Under the pieces are notes generated by a model. That model was given only the letters and a program-made list of their open reading frames with translations. It ran no database searches and was not told the origin of the DNA. 64,000 nucleotides of DNA from a virus, in the IMG/VR virus record IMGVR_UViG_3300048834_000169, positions 17,796 to 81,795 of that record; one strand, written 5' to 3'. The translations under genes were made by a program, and so were the position numbers. This document shows positions 1 through 9,542 of this stretch, piece by piece. Position 1 is the stretch's first letter. Every line of letters starts with the position of its first letter.

Positions 1-68
1 TTACTTAGTGTAGACGGACGATTGTAGTAAAGCTCTCTAGTTATTGCGATAAAGTTTAGCACTTGCAC
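1..68 (-). CDS. Hypothetical protein, partial (runs off window start; MQVLNFIAIT...)
   Basis: GTG at 68, preceded by AAGGAG inside the 3' end of the ankyrin gene; no stop before position 1. Confidence 0.4.
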   Translation of the reverse strand, partial: MQVLNFIAITRELYYNRPSTLS

Positions 69-754
69 TTCTTAAGCTCCTTAATAACGTTTTCTAAATA
101 TTGTACGACGTCTTTGTGTCCATTATGCGCCGCCTCGCGTAGCGCCTCGTCGTCACGGGCCCTAACGTTAGCGCCCTTTTCGATTAGGTACTGCACTACG
201 GCTAGGTGACCATTCTCCGCCGCGTTACGCAGCGCCTCGTCGTTACGGGCCCTAACGTCAGCGCCCTTTTCGATTAGGTACTGCACTACGGCTAGGTGAC
301 CGTTATCCGCCGACCAGCGTAGCGCCGAGTCGTCACAGGCCCTAACTTTAGCGCCCTTTTCGATGAGGAGCTGTACTACGTCTAAGTGACCGTTACGAGC
401 CGCCCAGTGTAGCGCCGCGTCGTTATAGGCCCTAACGTTAGCACCCTTTTCGATGAGGTACTGCACTACGGCTAGGTGCCCGTTAGTAGCCGCCCGGTGT
501 AGCGCCTCGACATCATCGGCCCTAACGTCAGCGCCCTTTTCGATTAGGTACTGCACGATGTCTAGGTGTCCATTCTCCGCCGCCCTGCGTAGCGCCGCGT
601 CGCCACGGGCCCTAACGTTAGCGCCCTTTTCGATTAGGTACTGCACTACGGCTAGGTGCCCGTGGCGGCTAAACTTGATTAAAGCGTCGCTAAGCTCTGT
701 TTGAAAATGTGCGGTACCGCTATTTACTTTGTTGTTGGTTAAAGTCATAGGCAT
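56..754 (-). CDS. Ankyrin-repeat protein A (6 variable 30-aa repeats)
   Basis: Tandem GHLxVVQYLIEKGAxVRAxxDxALxxAAxx units with a 90-nt DNA period; start may be 748. Confidence 0.95.
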   Translation of the reverse strand: MPMTLTNNKVNSGTAHFQTELSDALIKFSRHGHLAVVQYLIEKGANVRARGDAALRRAAENGHLDIVQYLIEKGADVRADDVEALHRAATNGHLAVVQYLIEKGANVRAYNDAALHWAARNGHLDVVQLLIEKGAKVRACDDSALRWSADNGHLAVVQYLIEKGADVRARNDEALRNAAENGHLAVVQYLIEKGANVRARDDEALREAAHNGHKDVVQYLENVIKELKKCKC

Positions 755-956
755 AATATACTGTATTTATTTCCAGTTGTGATATGATTTCGGCCCTATC
801 TGTGGACGTGGCTACCGTCTCTACGTGCATAACTTCGTCCCCGTGCATCTTTAACTTACGTAACTCAAAACCATCATGAGTCACTGCAATTCCAAGCACA
901 TAGTAAGGTCCTTTGTCTTCTTGTTTCATTCTAATTGATCTTCCTATTTTTGCCAT
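720..956 (-). CDS. Hypothetical protein
   Basis: AGGAG SD; upstream TGGACA-17-TAGATT promoter-like element. Confidence 0.75.
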   Translation of the reverse strand: MAKIGRSIRMKQEDKGPYYVLGIAVTHDGFELRKLKMHGDEVMHVETVATSTDRAEIISQLEINTVYYAYDFNQQQSK

Positions 957-1006
957 ATGTCTCCTATATGTTATAATCTAGCAAAAGCGCGAAACTATGT
1001 CCACAC

Positions 1007-2152
1007 TTACTTTTCAATCTTAACTACATCTTTATTATTATTATGCCAGCATACTGAGTAATACGGGCATATTAGGCTTCCATTCTTACAGGCTGACATG
1101 TTTCTCGGGAATACCTGGGCCTTTATAGCATGGTTAACTTCTTCGAAGTTCTGGATAGTTATGGCCTCCGTTTGTTCCGGGATATCTGATATAAGTACTT
1201 GGATATCCGCTGCCGGCCTCAGCACTTCTTCCCACTCTCCTGAACACCGCTTACCGCCTATTTCGTTATTACAGGTTCTAGCTCTGTTGCCCTCCCCGTC
1301 CATATTACACACGCTGCACTTCTTACTAGCGTTCTTATTAATAAGTTTTCGTAATACTATGAACCCTGCTGTCCTAGACTTAAGCTCATTCTCGAGTGCG
1401 TGCGAATATATAGCTAGTTGCGGGCTCTTTAGAACAGCGTCGGCTTCGTACTCCCTAGCCGAGGTTTTGTTATCAAATACTATAGTTCTTCCGTCTTCCC
1501 ATATGGCAATTAAATCTATAAATCCCGTAATAGAGTCTCCACTGTCGCTTTGAATATCGATTGCCCGCTGAGCGCTTATCACTCTTTTAATTCTAGGTAT
1601 AATCTTCTCTAGATAAGCTTTTATCATCAGCTCACCTTTAATACTTAAGCATAGCCAGTTAGCGTAGTTATAGTACTTGCGCTGATCGTCGTTAAGGTTA
1701 TTCCAGCCGTCCGCTTCTTTTTGCTTACCTATAGCCTTAAATAGGTCCACTAGATCGGCGTGATCCCCTTTAGGTAATGGCCCTACTCCTGGATATAGGG
1801 ACGTGGCCGCAGTAAGTAGCGCATCAAAGTCTTTATTAGACATTAACTTCCAGTCCATATCTGACGCTGCGTAGACTACATCAGGGTTATCATATAAATC
1901 TACGATCTTTTTATTAACTTCGCCTCGGCGCCAATTATTGATAAACGTGGTCTTATACGTCTGTCCTAGCCAGTCTATGTTATTTGCCGCATGATCATTT
2001 AGCATATCCGTGAGTGCCTTGTCTATTGCCGTGCCGAATAGTAGCGCCGCACTAGGATTTTTGGGGTACAGCTTTTCTATATACCGAAGTTTGTACTTAT
2101 ATGCACAAGTAGTATAAGTAGATACTGAACTATGGGATAACTTATTAGTCAT
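1007..2152 (-). CDS. PD-(D/E)XK nuclease (RecB/AddB/Cas4-like exonuclease) with Cys-rich insert
   Basis: N-terminal SHSSVSTYTTC, GFIDL...FDNKT, QLAIY, C-terminal C...CPYYSVC. Confidence 0.85.
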   Translation of the reverse strand: MTNKLSHSSVSTYTTCAYKYKLRYIEKLYPKNPSAALLFGTAIDKALTDMLNDHAANNIDWLGQTYKTTFINNWRRGEVNKKIVDLYDNPDVVYAASDMDWKLMSNKDFDALLTAATSLYPGVGPLPKGDHADLVDLFKAIGKQKEADGWNNLNDDQRKYYNYANWLCLSIKGELMIKAYLEKIIPRIKRVISAQRAIDIQSDSGDSITGFIDLIAIWEDGRTIVFDNKTSAREYEADAVLKSPQLAIYSHALENELKSRTAGFIVLRKLINKNASKKCSVCNMDGEGNRARTCNNEIGGKRCSGEWEEVLRPAADIQVLISDIPEQTEAITIQNFEEVNHAIKAQVFPRNMSACKNGSLICPYYSVCWHNNNKDVVKIEK

Positions 2153-2205
2153 GCTTATACACTAACTCAAATAATGCACGTTGTAAATAGCTATACTTTT
2201 GACAC

Positions 2206-2234
2206 TTGCATATACTAAGGTACTAATGTATATT
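2206..2234 (+). promoter_or_regulatory. sigma70-like promoter in divergent intergenic region
   Basis: TTGCAT-17-TATATT upstream of GAGGAG SD and ATG 2258. Confidence 0.6.
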
Positions 2235-2257
2235 GATCATGTGAGGAGAGTAATATC

Positions 2258-2485
2258 ATGAAAGTTATACTAGAATTTGAAGTGCCCGGGGAGCAATACG
2301 AACTAGATTGTGCCCAAAAGGGGATGGCCTATAAGCACGCAGTGCAGGAGTATGATCAAGAACTTCGCAGTATTGTGAAGTACGGCGGAGAGGAATATTC
2401 GGAAGATTATACTAAAGCCGTAGCAGAAATGCGAAAGAAGTTGCATGATATATTTTTAAGTGAGGGGCTAAGCATCCATGACTAA
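2258..2485 (+). CDS. Hypothetical protein
   Basis: Strong SD; overlaps the start of the next gene. Confidence 0.8.
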   Translation: MKVILEFEVPGEQYELDCAQKGMAYKHAVQEYDQELRSIVKYGGEEYSEDYTKAVAEMRKKLHDIFLSEGLSIHD

Positions 2486-3395
2486 GAAATTTGACCTACA
2501 AGCATTTAAAAAGTCGCTTCAGGCGGCAAGCGTTCCGTACAAGAAAGAGAATTATATCCAATGGGACGATGCCCTAAAAGAAGTATCCGGATTACCTGGT
2601 CTACCTTTAGGCCATATAACTCAAATCTACGGACCTAGTAACGGCGGAAAGACTACCCTAGCTCTTACTTTGGCGGCAAAAGCGCTGCAGCAAAACGTGC
2701 TGCCCATATTCATAATCACAGAAGGTAAGTTTATGCCGGAGCGGGCCGCGACTATGGGCGTCGACGTGGATGCAGTCCTATCTGTTGACGTAACGTATAT
2801 CGAAGAGATTTTTGATGAGATTCATAAGTTCCTATCTGCACAAAGCAAGGGCGACATACCTAAAGATATTTTATTTATAGTGGACTCTATCGGAAATACC
2901 ATTAGTAGAGATTCTGTACGCATTGCTAAAGACGGTAATACTGAGGTTGGCGGCGCTATGATGAAAACGTCAAAAGTAATTCGCGAGCAGATGCGGGTAG
3001 TTAGTCATAGGATTAACGATACGCGTAAAGTAAATAGCCCGCATTTTGCAGGCCTGGTATTCATTAACCATTCGTATAAGCAGCCGCCAGCGTTTCCTGG
3101 AGGGCCTACTACAGACGTTCCTTACGGCGGGGATGGGATTTACTATTCGTCTAGCTTAGTTATTAAAGTGCGTAAGACACGTCAGCTTAAGGCCGTAAAG
3201 GACGGACGAGACGTTTCTTTCGGGATAGCAGCCAAGCTGGCTGTTGAGAAGAACCACATTAATGGGGTATCCAATGAGGGCCCTTTCTTAATTACTTCTA
3301 ACGCTATTATACCGGACGATCCTGCAGCGCTTAAGCAGTACAAAGAAGATAATAAAGATTCCTGGGGCAACGTAAAGATAGACGTTGAGGAGTGA
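2478..3395 (+). CDS. recA: RecA/UvsX-like recombinase
   Basis: GLPLGHITQIYGPSNGGKTT Walker A, FIVDS Walker B, GGDGIYYSSS, VEKNH. Confidence 0.9.
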   Translation: MTKKFDLQAFKKSLQAASVPYKKENYIQWDDALKEVSGLPGLPLGHITQIYGPSNGGKTTLALTLAAKALQQNVLPIFIITEGKFMPERAATMGVDVDAVLSVDVTYIEEIFDEIHKFLSAQSKGDIPKDILFIVDSIGNTISRDSVRIAKDGNTEVGGAMMKTSKVIREQMRVVSHRINDTRKVNSPHFAGLVFINHSYKQPPAFPGGPTTDVPYGGDGIYYSSSLVIKVRKTRQLKAVKDGRDVSFGIAAKLAVEKNHINGVSNEGPFLITSNAIIPDDPAALKQYKEDNKDSWGNVKIDVEE

Positions 3396-3676
3396 CTATG
3401 TACGCTTATTTGATGTTTATGGCGTCCTTTACTGCGTGTCCCGCTACTGAGATTATAAATAAAACTTTTATACCAATTAATCAATTTGATATGCGGCAGT
3501 TAAGTAGAGCGCAGTTACGTTGCCGACAGCTGTATAAAAAAAGCCCGTGTCTTAAAATCTTCACTAAAATAGGGGAGCAGGATTACACCGCGATTTGCGG
3601 TAAGACTCGCAGCGCAGAGGTTGCGATAAGATCGGTATCGCCCGACGACATTGATGCTAGTGTACCGCTATACTAG
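3392..3676 (+). CDS. Hypothetical Cys-containing protein
   Basis: GTGA overlap with recA, GAGGA SD. Confidence 0.7.
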   Translation: MTMYAYLMFMASFTACPATEIINKTFIPINQFDMRQLSRAQLRCRQLYKKSPCLKIFTKIGEQDYTAICGKTRSAEVAIRSVSPDDIDASVPLY

Positions 3677-3708
3677 ATTCTTAAGCTTGAGCAGAAGGTT
3701 ATATAAGT

Positions 3709-3909
3709 ATGTTAACAGTAGAGTGTCAAAACGATCTTAACAACGACTTAATCACGTTTAGTCGCTACGGTCACCTAGCCGTAGTGCAGTACCTAATCGA
3801 AAAGGGCGCTAACGTTAGGGCCGATGGCGATGCGGCGCTACGCTGGGCGGCGAATAACGGGCACCTAGCCGTAGTACAGTATTTAAAGAATGTTATCGGG
3901 GAGAATTAA
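3709..3909 (+). CDS. Ankyrin-repeat protein B (1 variable repeat)
   Basis: N-cap, one repeat and C-cap; first 96 nt identical to 61498-61593. Confidence 0.9.
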   Translation: MLTVECQNDLNNDLITFSRYGHLAVVQYLIEKGANVRADGDAALRWAANNGHLAVVQYLKNVIGEN

Positions 3910-3912
3910 ATC

Positions 3913-4596
3913 ATGATACAGTATTTTAGAGATCTAACAGTGCTTCTAGTTGTCCTAATCTCAGTAACTGTATTAGCTGAAACACGTAAGAAAGTAGTTA
4001 TTATTGATTCTGGGATGCCGGAAACGTCGCAAGTATTGCCATACTTATGCTCGTCTGGTCATGCAGATTTCACTAAGACAAAGCTAGAGGATTATCACGG
4101 GCACGGTACTAACGTAGCCGGGCTAATAGCTAAGGGCCTTAATCCTAAGACACACTGTATGATTATTCTAAAATTCTACCATACGAAGGAGTTTCCTGGT
4201 GGGGCTCAGGTATCCGCCTCAGATAGTTACCTAAGAGCTTTAGATTACGCTAAAACTCTAAAGCCGCATATTATTAATCTGAGTCTTGCGGGACCTTACT
4301 TTATTCCTAAAGAAGCCGAGCTTATATCTAGTTTATTAAAAAGTGGTACCACAATCGTAACCGCTGCAGGTAATCTAAGGCTAGACTTGTCACAAAGTTG
4401 TAACGCATTTCCTGCATGTTACGAGTTTGGTATACCTGGTTTTTATGTGGTCGCGAGTCCGTCTATACTCAGCAATAAAAATGGTCCGGTAACTCATATT
4501 AGGGACGGTAATTATCAATGCGGCTTTAACGTATGTCTAAATGGAACTAGTCAGGCTGCGGCAAATTTTACCGCAGAACTCCTTACAGGCGAATAA
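3913..4596 (+). CDS. Compact subtilisin-family (S8) serine protease with signal peptide
   Basis: VVIIDSG (Asp), HGHGTNVAG (His), AAGN (oxyanion Asn), GTSQAA (Ser); hydrophobic N-terminus. Confidence 0.9.
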   Translation: MIQYFRDLTVLLVVLISVTVLAETRKKVVIIDSGMPETSQVLPYLCSSGHADFTKTKLEDYHGHGTNVAGLIAKGLNPKTHCMIILKFYHTKEFPGGAQVSASDSYLRALDYAKTLKPHIINLSLAGPYFIPKEAELISSLLKSGTTIVTAAGNLRLDLSQSCNAFPACYEFGIPGFYVVASPSILSNKNGPVTHIRDGNYQCGFNVCLNGTSQAAANFTAELLTGE

Positions 4597-4597
4597 C

Positions 4598-5032
4598 ATG
4601 AAGTGTACCAGTTCTAGATGTAATAATAAAAGACATCTTATTAAAGGCCTATGTAGATCCTGTTACGGTAAAAAATGGCGTAGAAAGAATGGACAACGTA
4701 ATGAGGATTATAGAAGAACGGCCGATAACTTAATATACAGAATTCATAGCCGAATGCGCGATAGGGTACTGGGCAAATATTGCTCAACTCCTAAACTATT
4801 TAAAGGTCTTGCCGTTGTAGCGTTTCCTAAATTTAAAGCGTGGGCAAAATCAGATCCGCAATTCTTAAAACTATTCAACGAGTATATAGGCAGTAATAGG
4901 AATATCAAGCTCGCACCCGTGGCCTATAGACTTAACCCAGATTTAGGCTATACTATAGGTAACATGGAATGGGTAACTTTTTCAGAATCTAGTAGAAGAG
5001 CTATCACAGCTAGAAGGAGATTTAGTAAATGA
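4598..5032 (+). CDS. Basic protein, possibly a degenerate HNH-like endonuclease
   Basis: N-terminal Cys motif; PVAYRLNPDLGYTIGNMEWVT resembles the PSxDRID..GY...N..W motif; ATG 4598 preferred over 4541. Confidence 0.5.
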   Translation: MKCTSSRCNNKRHLIKGLCRSCYGKKWRRKNGQRNEDYRRTADNLIYRIHSRMRDRVLGKYCSTPKLFKGLAVVAFPKFKAWAKSDPQFLKLFNEYIGSNRNIKLAPVAYRLNPDLGYTIGNMEWVTFSESSRRAITARRRFSK

Positions 5033-6336
5033 AGCGATACGTAATTGCGTCGGCGGTGCCGGGCTGCGCAGCTCATGATGGATTTTTATCCGCTATTAAA
5101 AATTACTGTGCTAGAAATAAGGCAAAGCTCCTTATCCTGCCCACGCCTCCGCTGGCTAAAAAGGACACGCTAGATCCAAAGCTTAAGACCTACGGTACTG
5201 TAGTAACAGAGGACTTGTCGCTAAACTCAAAATTAATGCTGTCTACTATCCCCGTAGGAGCTGAACAGCCAGATCCTATATCAGGGTTAGAACGATTATC
5301 TGGAATCGACACTAGCGTAATATACTCGTCCCCTAAGCAAAGATTAAAGTCCGTGGCATCTCCTAGCAACGAACTTCCTAGAGTACTAATGACTCCTGGA
5401 GCGGTAACGCGGCCTCACAAAAAACGCTCTAAAAGATCTTTAATCGCAAATTTAGATCACGTAATCGGAGCTATAATTGTAGAGGTAAAGGGATCATCGC
5501 TATATCATTTTAGACAAGTACAGGCTAGTAGAGACGGTAGTTTCATAGACTTAGCTAAAACTTATACGCCTGATGGTAAAGTACTCGAGGCTAATGTGGC
5601 AGCTTTAATTCCTGGGGACTGGCACACCGGATACACCGATCCTAAAGTTAAACGCATAGTCAAAGAGATTATGCACAGGTTTAAGCCTGATTATCTCTTT
5701 ATGCACGATTTATTTGACGGTATTTCTGTAAACCATCATATAGAGCATAAGCTTCTTATGAAGGCATTACTAGGCTCCCAGAATAGCTTGGCCTCTGAGT
5801 TACATAATACTGCTATCGAGCTGGCTGAGTTAGAGAAATTACCTAAGAAAAAACTCGTAGTAGTTAAGAGTAATCACGATGAATTTTTGGATAGATGGTT
5901 AGAGGCAGGTAATTATTTAGAGGACTCGCAAAATCACGTGCTCGGTCTGGAGCTAGCTTTAGCTAAAGCTAGGGGTAGCGACCCTCTCGAATACGGGGTG
6001 GCTAAGTACCAGAGGCTAAAGAAGACTAAATTTCTCAGCTCAGAGGAATCCTTTAAGATTACTAAGAAACAGATAGAGTGCGGCATGCACGGTCACTTAG
6101 GATCTAATGGCGCTAGAGGGTCTACTATATCCCTAGAAAAGGCCTACTTACTTTCAGTAAGCGGGCATACGCATTCCCCAGAAATTCAGCGAGGCGCTTG
6201 GGTAGTAGGTACCAGTTCCTACCTTAAGCTTAATTATAATAAAGGTCCAAGTTCGTGGATGCATACTATGTGCCTAGTGTATGAGAATGGCTCTAGGCAA
6301 TTAATTAACGTTATTAAAGGCGAGTGGCGTGGTTAG
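5029..6336 (+). CDS. Calcineurin-like metallophosphoesterase (T5 A1-like)
   Basis: GDWH, HDLFDG, SNHD, HGH, GHTHS, YNKGPSSW motifs. Confidence 0.75.
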   Translation: MKRYVIASAVPGCAAHDGFLSAIKNYCARNKAKLLILPTPPLAKKDTLDPKLKTYGTVVTEDLSLNSKLMLSTIPVGAEQPDPISGLERLSGIDTSVIYSSPKQRLKSVASPSNELPRVLMTPGAVTRPHKKRSKRSLIANLDHVIGAIIVEVKGSSLYHFRQVQASRDGSFIDLAKTYTPDGKVLEANVAALIPGDWHTGYTDPKVKRIVKEIMHRFKPDYLFMHDLFDGISVNHHIEHKLLMKALLGSQNSLASELHNTAIELAELEKLPKKKLVVVKSNHDEFLDRWLEAGNYLEDSQNHVLGLELALAKARGSDPLEYGVAKYQRLKKTKFLSSEESFKITKKQIECGMHGHLGSNGARGSTISLEKAYLLSVSGHTHSPEIQRGAWVVGTSSYLKLNYNKGPSSWMHTMCLVYENGSRQLINVIKGEWRG

Positions 6337-6368
6337 ACTTTTAGCCCATTTTTAGGTAAACTAATATT

Positions 6369-6728
6369 ATGGCCAAAAGAAAACCAAAGACCTCTATTAA
6401 GTTACAGGTAAACGAAGAAATGTGGACGTGTCAGTTGTGGCCAGCTAAGGTCTATGAAAAACTACACGGTAACGATAGTAACGCAATTACTGATATTGAA
6501 GAATGTACCATAGACTTTAGGGACGACGCAGTCACTTTGGCAATATGCGGCCACGAGCTTATGCACGCCTACTTTAAAAACCTACACTTAGATTCTGTAG
6601 TTCAGCCTAAAATAGAAGACGTAGAAGAGATTATAGCTTCGTGGATCGGAGCTAACTTTGTAAAATTTTACCACAAGGCTAATCTTATTTACTCGGCGCT
6701 TGAGCCATATAAGCTGGAGGCAAAATGA
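6369..6728 (+). CDS. HExxH metallopeptidase-like protein
   Basis: HELMHA followed by downstream EE. Confidence 0.55.
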   Translation: MAKRKPKTSIKLQVNEEMWTCQLWPAKVYEKLHGNDSNAITDIEECTIDFRDDAVTLAICGHELMHAYFKNLHLDSVVQPKIEDVEEIIASWIGANFVKFYHKANLIYSALEPYKLEAK

Positions 6729-7375
6729 CTATTATAGGTTTAATCGGAAAAAAAGGCTCAGGTAAAACTACGGCGGCTAGACTGCTCACTAATAAGGGCT
6801 ATAAACCTTTGGCCTTTGCGGACGCCATAAAGCAAGCTGCGGCTGACGTATTCGACATTAGCTTAGACATACTCCACGATCCCGCGACAAAGGAAACAGC
6901 TAATGTACCTGTAAACCTCTCTAATACTGCTTTAAAGGCTTACCTTTGGGCGCTAAGTGATCGGTATATGCAAATACACCCCTCTGTAATTGAAGAGGCT
7001 GTGGGGCTTTATAACGGCCCTAAAAACACGTCTACTCCACGCCAGTTACTTCAAGTGTTAGGCTCTGAACTAGTCCGAGATTGCGTTGACCAAGACTATT
7101 GGCTAAAGGCCATAGCTTCCCAAATACAGTTCGACGGTAAATACGCAATCCACGACGTGCGCTTTCAGAATGAGGCCGACTATATTGTAAACAAGCTGGG
7201 CGGTAAGCTAATGATGATAAAACGCCCAGGGCTAGTAAATTCCGACTCGCACGCTTCTGAACAATTCGAACCTAAGGCTGTAGATATTACAATCATAAAC
7301 AATTCAACTCTACTTCAATTTGAAGCAGATGTAATAGCCGCTATTTCTAAATTAACCGATGGGCAAGCGACCTAA
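6725..7375 (+). CDS. Deoxynucleoside monophosphate kinase
   Basis: GKKGSGKTT, FADAIK, PRQLLQVLGSE, DVRFQNEA, HASE. Confidence 0.9.
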   Translation: MTIIGLIGKKGSGKTTAARLLTNKGYKPLAFADAIKQAAADVFDISLDILHDPATKETANVPVNLSNTALKAYLWALSDRYMQIHPSVIEEAVGLYNGPKNTSTPRQLLQVLGSELVRDCVDQDYWLKAIASQIQFDGKYAIHDVRFQNEADYIVNKLGGKLMMIKRPGLVNSDSHASEQFEPKAVDITIINNSTLLQFEADVIAAISKLTDGQAT

Positions 7376-7676
7376 AACTCGTAGCGAGCTAGAACACTTA
7401 CGCGGAGTTATTAGATCTCTAGAGGCCGAGAATAGACAACTCCGTAAGCAGCTAGCCCGCTCAGATAAAGAACTACAAAAAGCAGTAGATATGGCGTCTA
7501 CCGTTCTAGACGATATCACATATCATGATATGCAATACTCTTCCGAACCTAAGTGTCCTAAGTGTGCGAATAAACTAAAGCACGTTGACTTAGGTACTAG
7601 AACTTTGGTATTATGCAGTAATACCGAGTGTACATATAGGAAGACTAATAAGCATGGCCAAACGAAAACAAACTAA
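7359..7676 (+). CDS. Coiled-coil / zinc-ribbon protein
   Basis: Heptad-like N-terminal half; CPKC...CSNTEC. Confidence 0.65.
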   Translation: MGKRPKTRSELEHLRGVIRSLEAENRQLRKQLARSDKELQKAVDMASTVLDDITYHDMQYSSEPKCPKCANKLKHVDLGTRTLVLCSNTECTYRKTNKHGQTKTN

Positions 7677-8361
7677 AAAGAAGTCTAATGCCGTTCTCGC
7701 TAAGACTAATATTAAGTTCCCCATTACATATACCGAAGGTAAGCACGGGTTTCTATTAGTAGACCCTAGCTCCAGCCACTTAGCGTGGGTTTTAGTCCAA
7801 TTAGATCTAGACGCTAAAGAAATGTACGTAGTAGCTACAGGCATGCTGTGGACTAAGGATTCCTGGTCTAAGGCTCAGCGCTATCGTTATATGCTAAAGG
7901 CCGCCGGCATTCTATTAGACGGCACCGATCACATAATTCCTCACGTAGTTGTTACAGAGTCATTCTTTATGAATCCTAAGCTGCCAATGGGTTCCGCTGT
8001 AGTTCCGACTATCAACGCTCTTATAAGCATGGCCGCCGATGAAAAAGAGGTAATCTATCAAGAACTAGGCCCGTCAGCCTGGCGAGCTATATTAGGCATT
8101 AAAAGCGTTACAGTAGGCTCTAAACGAGACTATAAGATTCCTACTGCTAATTACGTTAAGAAGTTTATATCAGTGCCGGAAAATATCAAAAGCAATATTA
8201 ATTTAAAAGAGAGACAGCTTCCACATGATATAACTGACGCTCTGGCTATAGCTCTAGCAGTAGCTAAGCATCACGGGGTCTATAAGATCGAAGTAGCTAA
8301 TACGGCATTTACGCCGTTTACAGTTTTAGAAAAACTTAGTAAATTAGGGGAGACTATTTAA
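7654..8361 (+). CDS. ruvC: RuvC-like Holliday junction resolvase
   Basis: LLVDPSSSHLAW, VVTES, PSAWR, DITDALAIALA. Confidence 0.75.
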   Translation: MAKRKQTKKKSNAVLAKTNIKFPITYTEGKHGFLLVDPSSSHLAWVLVQLDLDAKEMYVVATGMLWTKDSWSKAQRYRYMLKAAGILLDGTDHIIPHVVVTESFFMNPKLPMGSAVVPTINALISMAADEKEVIYQELGPSAWRAILGIKSVTVGSKRDYKIPTANYVKKFISVPENIKSNINLKERQLPHDITDALAIALAVAKHHGVYKIEVANTAFTPFTVLEKLSKLGETI

Positions 8362-8642
8362 TGTCATTTTTAAAGAAATCGTGGAAAGTAATTGTAACTA
8401 TTCTTAGCGCTATCCTGGGACTAATCTTGCTCAGACAATACTTTACTAGGGGTTTACTGGCTAAGCTCGGGTTAGTCAAGACGGGGCAGGATTCTGCGGT
8501 AATCGATGCTAAGATCGGTGGGCTTAAAGATAATGAGGCTGGACTGCAGTCTGAGGCTGATAAGCTTAGGGAAGCTGGCAATAAGCCGGCAGAAGATCTT
8601 AGCTCTAAGGAAGTAGAAGACTTCTGGAATAAGAAGAAATAA
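8361..8642 (+). CDS. Membrane-anchored coiled-coil protein (possibly spanin-like)
   Basis: N-terminal TM helix then polar helical tail; TAATG coupling. Confidence 0.55.
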   Translation: MSFLKKSWKVIVTILSAILGLILLRQYFTRGLLAKLGLVKTGQDSAVIDAKIGGLKDNEAGLQSEADKLREAGNKPAEDLSSKEVEDFWNKKK

Positions 8643-8644
8643 CT

Positions 8645-9067
8645 ATGTCTTATAGTACATTCAAATCTAAGCTTAATATGTCCTATAGGTTATTAGCGTT
8701 CGTGGCCGCGATTGCTATTGCGGCGCCGACTACGGCCCAGGTCCAGTTCGTAGAAAAAGGTCAGGCGGCCCCCTTCACCGGCTACTTATTTAGCCCAGAT
8801 AAAGAAAAAGAAGCTCGTCAAGATTCCGAATCCCTCCGCTACTACAAGACCTTAGATGAGACTAATATCAAACTCATGGCCCTTAAAGATCGGGAAATGG
8901 AGCTTATTAGGGAGCAGTCTAAAATGTGGCAGGAGCAGTCTTCTGAACTATCTAAGCAGCTTCAACAATCCAAAGACTCTAATTTCTGGAAGACTACCCT
9001 GTATTTTGGCTTAGGTGCCTTATTGACTACTGCCCTAGCGTTTGGGGTTAATCAAGCTACTAAATAA
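8645..9067 (+). CDS. Exported coiled-coil protein with C-terminal TM (possibly spanin-like)
   Basis: Signal-like segment, APFTGYL motif, coiled coil, C-terminal hydrophobic helix. Confidence 0.55.
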   Translation: MSYSTFKSKLNMSYRLLAFVAAIAIAAPTTAQVQFVEKGQAAPFTGYLFSPDKEKEARQDSESLRYYKTLDETNIKLMALKDREMELIREQSKMWQEQSSELSKQLQQSKDSNFWKTTLYFGLGALLTTALAFGVNQATK

Positions 9068-9068
9068 T

Positions 9069-9542
9069 ATGGGCAAGCACAAGAAGACTATAGCTGAGCT
9101 TATAGAGGTCGCTAGACAGCCTATAAGCCTCGCCATTGAGACTTCTGTAGACCTAGGGCCCCTACTAGCCGCCGCGCTGTCGGACGGCCCTATAAACGAT
9201 TCTGAGCTGTCTTATGAGGAGCGCCAAGTCAAGGCCTTTATCTACGATAATGACATTGTAGAGGGTACTCGCGCCGTTCCGCTCAGGCTTATTTATCAGA
9301 TATACGCTAGTAAAGCTAAAGACCCTATTCCAATGAGAAAGTTCTTTAAATTGTTTAGAAATTACTTTACAAGCAAGGTATCAGGTGCTATAATATTTAC
9401 ATACTTAGACCCCACGACGGTTGGTCTACCAAGTACATACAGTATGTACATGGATACGAGATTTTTCAGGAAGAAAAGCAATGGCAAAAAAAGCGGCTCC
9501 AACAAAGCAAAAACGAAAACTAAAGCTAAAGTCCAAGACTAA
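9069..9542 (+). CDS. Hypothetical protein
   Basis: ATG 9069 directly follows the upstream stop. Confidence 0.65.
   Translation: MGKHKKTIAELIEVARQPISLAIETSVDLGPLLAAALSDGPINDSELSYEERQVKAFIYDNDIVEGTRAVPLRLIYQIYASKAKDPIPMRKFFKLFRNYFTSKVSGAIIFTYLDPTTVGLPSTYSMYMDTRFFRKKSNGKKSGSNKAKTKTKAKVQD

Noticed and set aside
1007-2152. Cas4 as part of a CRISPR system
   Set aside because: Stand-alone PD-(D/E)XK nuclease next to recA, with no cas1/cas2 or array
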